A stretch of DNA of 64,000 bases, from contig JAZDMK010000006.1 of NCBI GenBank assembly GCA_043800975.1, positions 4,678 to 68,677 on the forward strand, written 5' to 3'. The translations under genes and the position numbers were made by a program. Positions 27,104 to 33,868 of this stretch are shown here, in pieces (positions within the stretch are counted from its first letter, which is position 1; each line of letters opens with the position of its first letter). The notes below the pieces were generated by a model that worked only from the letters and a program-made list of their open reading frames with translations, ran no database searches and was not told the origin of the DNA. Source of the stretch: Bacteroidota bacterium (GTDB lineage Bacteria > Bacteroidota > Bacteroidia > Bacteroidales > JAHJDW01).

Positions 27104-29464
27104 ATGAATCGCATAATTCTCTCCATACTTACCCTGCTGATTCTTCCCTCAGCTCTTCTGTCGCAGAACATGACGCAGACCATTCGCGGAACTGTGCGCG
27201 ACCGCGACTCCCAAAAGCCTTTGTGGGGAGCCAGTGTGGTTGTGGTGCAGTCGCAGCCGCTCATCGGCATCACAACAGATTCCGTGGGGAAGTTCCGTTT
27301 ATCAAAGGTTCCCGTGGGAAGACACACACTGAAGATTTCATTCATCGGGTATGAAGACCTTGTATTGCCTGAACTGATGGTTGGTTCCGGAAAAGAAATC
27401 GTTTTGAATATCGAACTGAAAGAATCCGTAAAGACCTTTAAAGAAATAAAAATTACCGCCAACAGTGAAAGGGAAAAACCGCTGAACAGCATGTCCACGG
27501 TCAGTGCAAGATCATTCAATACCGAAGAAACCGGGCGATATGCCGCCTGCATCAACGATCCTTCGCGCATGGCACAATCGTTTGCCGGCGTTTCCGGAAA
27601 CGGGGACCAGAGCAACGAAATCATCATCCGCGGAAATTCTCCTCGGGGAATGCTTTGGCGCATGGAAGGAATCGAAATTCCCAACCCCAACCACTTCACT
27701 GGCGGGCAGGGCAATTCCGGAGGCGGTGTGAGCATCCTCAGCAACATCATGCTTTCGAATTCCGATTTCTTTACCGGTGCTTTCCCCGCCGAATACGGCA
27801 ATGCGCTCTCGGGTGTGTTTGATATTAATCTGAGAAAAGGCAATGCCGAAAAACGCGAATACGCTTTTCAGTTCGGTGTGCTGGGCAGTGAGATCGCGCT
27901 GGAAGGGCCTCTCAGTAAGAAGAACGAAAGTTCCTATCTGTTCAGTTATCGTTATTCCACGCTCGACTTTTTATACAAAATCGGATTGAAAGTTGCCGGA
28001 AACATCATCCCGAAGTTTCAGGATTTCTCGTTCAACTTCAACATGCCCACCAAAAAAATCGGACGCTTCTCCCTGTTCGGCATCGGCGGATTGTGCAGCC
28101 TGGGCAACGATCCCGTATATGATTCCGCAAAATGGAAAAAGTTTTCCGACCGCTTCTTTTATGATGAAACCGGAAAGATAGGCGCAACGGGCCTCAGCAA
28201 TTTTTATCTTTTCAGAAACGGAAAAACCTATCTAAAAACTGTTCTTTCTTTATCCTCCGACGAAACGGCCAGCGATGAAGACACCGTGAGCAAAGCATAC
28301 ACCAACGTGCATTTGAACGACAACCGCTTTTTGTATTATTATCCGCGGGCATCCATTATGCTGAATCATAAATTCAATACGCAGCATGTGATACGGACGG
28401 GAATTTTGTACAGTGTTTACGGATACGATCTTCTTTCCAAATCACTCGTGGGTGAAGACGGAATGTATCATTCCAGAATCGACACCAGCGGGCGCACCGC
28501 GCTGACGCAGGCATACGTGCAGTGGCAGTATCATCCGCTGGAAAACCTGACGCTGAATGCCGGCCTGCATTCCATGCTGTTCGCACTGAACAACACGTAC
28601 AGTATAGAACCGCGTTTCGGTCTGCGCTGGGAGTTCAGCGGAACGCAAACGCTGACGGCGGGTTTCGGTATGCACAGCCGCATCGAATCTATTTCGAATT
28701 ATCTGGTGGCGCATCGCGATACGGCCGGAAATATTTTTTACCCTAACCGTGAAGTGGGCTTCACGCGCGCGCTGCATGCAGTGGGCGGATACGAGCGGAT
28801 GCTGCGCGAAGACCTGCAGCTGAAGGTGGAATTGTATTATCAGTATCTCTACGATGTGCCCGTGGAGGATACCGCTTCCTCCTTTTCGGCCCTGAATTAT
28901 TCGGGCGGCCTCACCGATATGACGCTAGTGAACAAAGGAACCGGAAATAATTATGGCATCGAGATCACGCTCGAAAAATTCTTTACACACAATTTTTATT
29001 TTCTTTTCACCAGTTCGCCGTATCAATCGCGGTACAAAGGAAGCGACGGCGTGCTGCGCGACAGTTATTACAACGGGAAGTATGTGCTGAACCTGCTGGG
29101 CGGCAAGGAATGGAAAACAGGAAAAAACAAAAACAATATTATCGGTTGCAACCTGCGTGCGATTTACAAAGGGGGCAATCGCCAAACGCCTATTGATCTA
29201 AGTCTTTCGCAGAGTTCGGGCAACACCGTGTATGTGAACGATCAAATTTATTCGCTGGCTGGCCCGCTCTTTTTCCGCACCGATGTGGGTTTCAGCTACA
29301 GGCACAACGGAAAGAAAGCCGCCTGGATACTGAGCTTCGATGCCGAAAACGCCATGAACCGCAAGAACGTATACAGCACCTATTACGACCGCGACACAAA
29401 AAAGATTGAGTACAATTATAATCTGGGGCTGATACCGATAATTGGGTTTCGGGTGGAGTTTTGA
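27104..29464 (+). CDS. TonB-dependent receptor with CarboxypepD_reg N-domain
   Basis: Signal peptide MNRIILSILTLLILPSALLSQ; IRGTVRDRDSQKPLWGASVVV..; plug motifs; ends in an aromatic beta-strand (GFRVEF). Visibly GC-rich. Start trimmed from 27038. Confidence 0.85.
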   Translation: MNRIILSILTLLILPSALLSQNMTQTIRGTVRDRDSQKPLWGASVVVVQSQPLIGITTDSVGKFRLSKVPVGRHTLKISFIGYEDLVLPELMVGSGKEIVLNIELKESVKTFKEIKITANSEREKPLNSMSTVSARSFNTEETGRYAACINDPSRMAQSFAGVSGNGDQSNEIIIRGNSPRGMLWRMEGIEIPNPNHFTGGQGNSGGGVSILSNIMLSNSDFFTGAFPAEYGNALSGVFDINLRKGNAEKREYAFQFGVLGSEIALEGPLSKKNESSYLFSYRYSTLDFLYKIGLKVAGNIIPKFQDFSFNFNMPTKKIGRFSLFGIGGLCSLGNDPVYDSAKWKKFSDRFFYDETGKIGATGLSNFYLFRNGKTYLKTVLSLSSDETASDEDTVSKAYTNVHLNDNRFLYYYPRASIMLNHKFNTQHVIRTGILYSVYGYDLLSKSLVGEDGMYHSRIDTSGRTALTQAYVQWQYHPLENLTLNAGLHSMLFALNNTYSIEPRFGLRWEFSGTQTLTAGFGMHSRIESISNYLVAHRDTAGNIFYPNREVGFTRALHAVGGYERMLREDLQLKVELYYQYLYDVPVEDTASSFSALNYSGGLTDMTLVNKGTGNNYGIEITLEKFFTHNFYFLFTSSPYQSRYKGSDGVLRDSYYNGKYVLNLLGGKEWKTGKNKNNIIGCNLRAIYKGGNRQTPIDLSLSQSSGNTVYVNDQIYSLAGPLFFRTDVGFSYRHNGKKAAWILSFDAENAMNRKNVYSTYYDRDTKKIEYNYNLGLIPIIGFRVEF

Positions 29465-29465
29465 T

Positions 29466-29680
29466 TTGGGCGCCCGCCGCAATTCCCCTTCTGGATAGAA
29501 GGGGTGGACTGCGCAGCAGGACGGGGTAGTCGAATCCGTCGCGAACGCATCCAAAGGTTTAGTGAGCGGATTAATCAAAAAACATTTGGATCGAAGATCT
29601 CGTACAGAATGTGCGAGTATCTTCAAATACTCAATTTACGGTCAATCATTCTAAGAAGTATTTGGGCGCCTTAACGGGCT
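29466..29680 (+). repeat. GC-rich palindromic repeat-module cluster, copy 1
   Basis: CCCCTTCTGGATAGAAGGGG hairpin 29485-29504; TGGACTGCGCAGCAGGACGGGGTAGTCGAA 29505-29534; GAATCCGTCGCGAACGCATC module; ATACTCAATTTACGGTCAATCAT module. All recur at 32.3 kb and 33.1 kb. Confidence 0.85.
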
Positions 29681-29704
29681 GCTCCGGGGTCCGCTTCGCT
29701 TCCG

Positions 29705-29833
29705 CCAGCCAGAATTCACCAATGTTTCGCTTCTTTGAATGAGCAGTCATCCTGAGCGGAGTCGAAGGATGACAACTAAGCATAATCCTCTGTAGCGAAA
29801 CATTTTTGTTTGTACATATGTCCCTCTGGCTGG
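29705..29833 (+). repeat. nested inverted repeats
   Basis: CCAGCCAGA (29705-13) / TCTGGCTGG (29825-33); AATGTTTCGCT (29721-31) / AGCGAAACATT (29794-804); inner hairpin GTCATCC-N14-GGATGAC. Confidence 0.7.
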
Positions 29834-29917
29834 GCCTTCGCCCTCCGCATCCCGGGCGCAGATATTAGTTTTTTGCTTCAGTCATTAGTTAAAACGTAAC
29901 TCCTGTTCACAAAATTT

Positions 29918-30487
29918 TCAAACCTTCGAAATAATTAATTTCCAACGCTCTTTTATAGTAGTATCCTTGATGAATTCATAAATAAAATTGCCAATTGGAA
30001 TATGTTCGCCTTTAAATTCAAATTTATAATAACCTTCTGTTTCTTCTACTTTTTTCCCAAATAATAATAAAACATCAAAAACATTAGATCGCTCTGTTTG
30101 TACTACCAAATTGCTGCTTGACAAGTAGGGTTTATTTGGATTGCTATTAAATATTATTTCAGCCCTGCGAAATGTTTGATGATCTTTTTGTATTGGATTC
30201 AGGTCTTTTGAAAAATTAAAAAATTCATAACAAAATTGCACTTCAGAAACCTGCCTATATTTCAGACGTATTAATGGTAATGGTTGATAATTTTCATCAA
30301 CATTTAACCACATAGTAGAGATTTCTAAATTTGAATAACTGTCTATAATATGAAAAAATTGATTTAAAGATTTAAATGTTAAAGGTGGAGTAACTTTCTT
30401 TAACTTTTCAGTTTTTATTTTACCTATATAACTTATGAAAATTAGAGTTAAGATAAGGAGTATTAGTATGACTGGTATATAGTACAT
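29918..30487 (-). CDS. hypothetical single-pass membrane protein (cassette partner)
   Basis: 189 aa; N-terminal TM helix YYIPVILILLILTLIFISYIG; no recognisable motif; about 20% G+C. Confidence 0.6.
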   Translation of the reverse strand: MYYIPVILILLILTLIFISYIGKIKTEKLKKVTPPLTFKSLNQFFHIIDSYSNLEISTMWLNVDENYQPLPLIRLKYRQVSEVQFCYEFFNFSKDLNPIQKDHQTFRRAEIIFNSNPNKPYLSSSNLVVQTERSNVFDVLLLFGKKVEETEGYYKFEFKGEHIPIGNFIYEFIKDTTIKERWKLIISKV

Positions 30488-30522
30488 TATTTTAATTTTT
30501 TCTTCTACCCTTTGTTTTATGC

Positions 30523-31233
30523 TTAAGTGTAATTTTCAATTCTCCAATTATCGATATTTCTCTCCTGAATGTTACAACTAATACCAATAAAAACTATCTT
30601 TTTGTTTTTTATCAGATATTTTTCATAATATTTTTTCTCAATGATTTGTTTAATAGCAACATTAGGATTTGACATTTTAAACTCAAGTATTAGTATTTGA
30701 TTTTCAAGATCAATTACTGAATCAATACGACCAAGATTAGTTTCATCTTCACTGATAATTTCGAACCCTAGTACTTTTAGTAAAATATGGAAATTAGAAT
30801 GAAAAAAAGCTTCATTAACTTTAATATCATAAGAAATGCTTGCAAAAATAGATTTAACATCTCTGAAAAAATCATCAAAATTATTTTCTATTAAATTCTT
30901 TTTCATTTTATCATTCCTATTGTACTCTTTTAATACAGAATTGATTTTGGGAAGTGGTAACCATGAAATATTTCTAATAGCTTGTTTCTCGATCTCTACA
31001 TGTTTATTTAGTGCCACTTCAATAATCTTCTTTTCATTTACGTAATCAATGTCAATCTTTTTTAGAAATTCACCTTTGATTAATATTTGATAGGAATAGG
31101 TATACCATTCATCCATCCCCACATAAACAACGTCTTCAAATGAACCTTTTATTTCAGATTCTTTAATAATCTCAGCAGCCTTATCTTCTTCAACAGATAA
31201 TAAGTAACCAACCAATTGTTCATTAAGATCCAT
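30523..31233 (-). CDS. PD-(D/E)XK nuclease-domain protein (PDDEXK_9-like C-terminal half, unknown N-domain)
   Basis: 236 aa; NEAFFHSNFHILLKVLGF..SEDETNLGRIDSVIDL..ILILEFK..AIKQIIEKKYYEKY..IVFIGIS..ERNI matches the PDDEXK_9 pattern with E/D/ExK positions intact. Confidence 0.7.
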   Translation of the reverse strand: MDLNEQLVGYLLSVEEDKAAEIIKESEIKGSFEDVVYVGMDEWYTYSYQILIKGEFLKKIDIDYVNEKKIIEVALNKHVEIEKQAIRNISWLPLPKINSVLKEYNRNDKMKKNLIENNFDDFFRDVKSIFASISYDIKVNEAFFHSNFHILLKVLGFEIISEDETNLGRIDSVIDLENQILILEFKMSNPNVAIKQIIEKKYYEKYLIKNKKIVFIGISCNIQERNIDNWRIENYT

Positions 31234-31334
31234 TCTTGTTATTTACTCTAGTTCTATTTAAAAGCAGCTAACCTACAGTATTTACAAATTTATACATTAT
31301 TATTAATCTCACCAAGAAAAATGAAATAAGTGCT

Positions 31335-31360
31335 CCCTTTCCATATTCATAGGGAAAGGG
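31335..31360. repeat. CCCTTTCC-N10-GGAAAGGG hairpin (variant of the island hairpin family)
   Basis: Read directly; followed by TCGGGGATAGGG. Confidence 0.6.
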
Positions 31361-31496
31361 TCGGGGATAGGGTAAGTACCGCTAAGCTCCAAAAAAATTA
31401 AGTAAAAATTCTTATGTTTCTGATATACTAAAACAAAAATCTCCTCGTTTTTATTTCATAAAACAACAAATTGTTTAACTATTAAAACCTACTGCC

Positions 31497-32243
31497 ATGA
31501 ACACATTCATTGAAACAGGTCACGCTAAAAACGTAGCAAACTTTGAGGACCTCATCTCGTTCTGCTCCGGTTATGGCGTCGCCTACAACCCTTCCCGCAA
31601 TGCCCTGAAAATACCGGCAATGCAAACCCTGCTTACTTCTTCCCGCACTGCCCTCCAAACGGCAAAGGCTGCAAAAACTGCGTATGACAACGCTACCAAC
31701 AACCGTGAAACTGCATTCCTGGGTTTCCGAAAGCTCGCAACACGTATCATAAACGCCCTCGATTCCACAGAAGCATCAAGGCTTACCGTGAACGATGCAA
31801 AATCAATCAATCGTAAAATTCAGGTTAAGCGAGCAAAGAAAATTGAAGAGGTTGTTCCGGTAACGCCCGAAAACCCTACCGCTTCAGCCGAAATACACCA
31901 CATCTCTGTATCGCAGCAAAGCTACGATTCCCAAATCGATCATCTCGCAAAGTTGGTTGTAATACTCACTGCAGAACCCTTGTACAATCCCAACGAAGCC
32001 GATCTGAAACTGACTGCGCTGAACACATACCTCACAAACTTGCGCACGCTGAACACCGCTGTAATCAATACGGCCACTCCTTTCAGCAATGCAATCATCT
32101 CCCGCGATACCCTGCTGTATATGTCCGAAACGGGTCTGGTTGATATTGCTAAAGCAGTTAAAAAATATGTAAAGTCAGTATTTTTCGCAACCAGTCCCCA
32201 ATACAAACAAATCAGCAAAATCCAGTTCCGCCACGTAAAATAA
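31497..32243 (+). CDS. hypothetical helical protein with internal duplication
   Basis: 248 aa; residues 30-74 and 163-207 align with 16/45 identities (YNP..LK..A..T.LT..RT..); GC-rich; followed by a terminator. Confidence 0.65.
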   Translation: MNTFIETGHAKNVANFEDLISFCSGYGVAYNPSRNALKIPAMQTLLTSSRTALQTAKAAKTAYDNATNNRETAFLGFRKLATRIINALDSTEASRLTVNDAKSINRKIQVKRAKKIEEVVPVTPENPTASAEIHHISVSQQSYDSQIDHLAKLVVILTAEPLYNPNEADLKLTALNTYLTNLRTLNTAVINTATPFSNAIISRDTLLYMSETGLVDIAKAVKKYVKSVFFATSPQYKQISKIQFRHVK

Positions 32244-32280
32244 CCCCGCACTTCCTGTGACTCGGTTTATATATATGAAT

Positions 32281-32315
32281 CCCTGTATGCCGCAACATAC
32301 AGGGATTTCCTTTTA
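32281..32315 (+). terminator. intrinsic terminator
   Basis: CCCTGTATG-CCGCAA-CATACAGGG, then ATTTCCTTTT. Confidence 0.65.
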
Positions 32316-32318
32316 ATT

Positions 32319-32547
32319 CCCCTTCTGGATAGAAGGGGTGGACTGCGTAGCAGGACGGGGTAGTCGAAATACTCAATTTACGGTCAATCATCAAAAGAAC
32401 TTTTAACGGGTGGACTGCGTAGCAGGACGGGGTAGTCGAAATACTCAATATACGGACAATCATCAAAAGAAGCATTAACAGATGGACTCGAACTGAGCAG
32501 TTGAATCCGTCGCGAACGCATCAAAAGAATTAGTGATAGGTTTATTG
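32319..32547 (+). repeat. repeat-module cluster copy 2, including a 72-bp tandem duplication
   Basis: Hairpin CCCCTTCTGGATAGAAGGGG 32319-32338; near-identical 72-bp units start at 32339 and 32411; a diverged third unit from 32483 carries the GAATCCGTCGCGAACGCATC module. Confidence 0.85.
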
Positions 32548-32554
32548 AAATACA

Positions 32555-32562
32555 TAAATTTG
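32555..32562 (+). promoter_or_regulatory. candidate -7 promoter box (TAnnTTTG)
   Basis: TAAATTTG lies 23 nt upstream of ATG 32585. Confidence 0.4.
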
Positions 32563-32584
32563 CATATTCTCATCAATACACCCA

Positions 32585-33094
32585 ATGAAGTATTATAGCA
32601 TTTCTACAAAGGATAGTGCAATAGAAGCTGAAACTTTCTTCATTCACTCAACAATTCTCTATAAAAATTATACGCCTGCAATACCCTTTAATCCTGAGTT
32701 AAAAGAGCGTGCAAAAGAACTTCGTAAAGCAGGAAATTTAGCTGAGGTTATTTTCTGGAAGCAGGTTCATAGAAAAAATTTCTGGGGAATAGACTTTGAT
32801 CGTCAAAAGGTGATAGGTAATTATATTGTTGATTTTTTTGTTAAAAGTTTAAGCCTTGTAATTGAGATTGACGGACGCAGTCATAATCAAAAAGAAGTAC
32901 AAGACAGGATCAGGCAGGATTATCTGGAATCAATAGGGTTATATGTATACAGAATTAAAGATGCCGACATACGAAATGATTTGAATTCAGTGATTGAAGA
33001 ATTGGAGCGATTTATACTTCATCGTTATGCAACACCCCGCCCTATCGGGCACCCCTCTGCCAGAGGGGATTTTAAAAATTCCCCTTCTGGATAG
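32585..33094 (+). CDS. DUF559 (Vsr-like) endonuclease-domain protein
   Basis: ..AEVIFWKQV....FDRQKVIGNYIVDFF....VIEIDGRSH......D..R...L...G..V.R; C-terminal tail HPSARGDFKNSPSG is encoded by palindromic repeats. Confidence 0.8.
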   Translation: MKYYSISTKDSAIEAETFFIHSTILYKNYTPAIPFNPELKERAKELRKAGNLAEVIFWKQVHRKNFWGIDFDRQKVIGNYIVDFFVKSLSLVIEIDGRSHNQKEVQDRIRQDYLESIGLYVYRIKDADIRNDLNSVIEELERFILHRYATPRPIGHPSARGDFKNSPSG

Positions 33095-33297
33095 AAGGGG
33101 TACTCCGCTTGCGGAGGGGGGTAGTCGAAATACTGGTTTACAAGCAATCAACCAAAGAAGTTTATAGGCACCTGCCGCAATTCCCCTTCGAGATCGAAGG
33201 GGTGGCACGAAGTGACGGGGTAGTTGAAAATACTAAATTTACAGCCATTCATCCAATGACGCTTTAACGTGTGGACTGCGCAGCAGGACGGGGTTAT
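33052..33297 (+). repeat. repeat-module cluster copy 3
   Basis: CCCCTCTG-C-CAGAGGGG 33052-68; CCCCTTCTGGATAGAAGGGG 33081-100; CTCCGC-TT-GCGGAG 33103-16; CCCCTTCGAGATCGAAGGGG 33183-202; TGGACTGCGCAGCAGGACGGGG 33271-92. Confidence 0.85.
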
Positions 33298-33347
33298 TAG
33301 TCTTTATTGAGAAAGGACTTTAGTCCTGATAGTGAAAAATGAACTCC

Positions 33348-33685
33348 AAAAGGAATTCTACCACCTTCAAAAAGAAAACTACCACCTGTAAAAAGAATTC
33401 TCCTTCCTGAAAAAAGAATAAGAGCACCTTCAAAAAGAAAAAGAGAAACGCAAAAAAGAATTATTCAACCTGTAAAAAGAAAACCCGCATCTGCAAAAAG
33501 AATTCTCCCACCTGTAAAAAGAAATCTTGCACCTGCAAATTGATTTTTTTTCTGATTCTTCAGGAAAACTCCTTCCTGCATAAAGAAATCCCGAACCTGT
33601 AAAAAGAATTCTTCTACCTGCAAAAAGAATTATTCCGCCTGTAAAAAGAATTCTTGCACCTGTAGCAAAAATATCTGTGTCTAAT
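33348..33685 (+). repeat. array of about 16 direct repeats with an exact 21-bp period
   Basis: A-tract starts at 33348, 33369, 33390, 33411, 33432, 33453, 33474, 33495, 33516, 33537, (33559), 33580, 33601, 33622, 33643, 33664; consensus AAAAAGAATTCTnnCACCTGY; no ORF of 60 aa or more in the track. Confidence 0.9.
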
Positions 33686-33710
33686 CTGTGTATATCTGTA
33701 TCATCTGTGG
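33673..33710 (+). repeat. four ATCTGTG(T/G) boxes spaced 9-11 bp
   Basis: Boxes start at 33673, 33684, 33694 and 33703. Confidence 0.8.
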
Positions 33711-33868
33711 TGAAAATAAGATCGCAGATTATGATAGCATAACACCAATAAGGTTTTCAGCCAAATGAAATCCGTCTATCCATATCCTGCATTAGATAAC
33801 AAACCCCCAAAATAAATGTATAAGCTTCTTCAGGTAACAATCACTTCCCTGTCCGCTGGTCAGGCGGG

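Noticed and set aside
27094-28777. Long minus-strand ORFs (249 aa at 27094-27843; 111 aa at 28442-28777; others) overlapping the TonB receptor gene
   Set aside because: They lie antisense to a well-supported receptor gene in a GC-rich stretch, where stop codons are rare. Their sequences are low-complexity and Arg/Pro/Ser-rich, with no motifs.
29198-29626. The 142-aa minus-strand ORF, and the similar ORFs 32212-32475 and 32987-33208, as real genes sharing the peptide TTPSCYAVHPFYPEGEL
   Set aside because: The shared peptide is simply the translation of the palindromic repeat modules. The ORFs overlap the TBDR 3' end or the DUF559 3' end and have no independent support.
32339-33300. Possible CRISPR array, because of the regularly spaced repeats GTAGTCGAAATACTCAATTTACGG.. 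with intervening ~30-nt segments
   Set aside because: The intervening segments are themselves repeated (TGGACTGCGYAGCAGGACGGGG), so the whole 72-bp unit is a tandem duplication rather than repeat plus unique spacers. There are only 2-3 units and no cas genes in the window.
29466-33300. Integron-like gene cassettes with attC sites (single ORFs separated by imperfect palindromes)
   Set aside because: The recurring TTAACG strings do not fit the RYYYAAC / GTTRRRY core sites. Cassette ORFs are in both orientations, some with their own promoter boxes and terminators. No intI is present.
33348-33685. The 21-bp array as a CRISPR array or as a coding heptad (7-codon) protein repeat
   Set aside because: A 21-bp period leaves no room for spacers. 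In-frame stops occur (for example TGA at 33408-33410), and the six-frame track has no ORF of 60 aa or more across the region.
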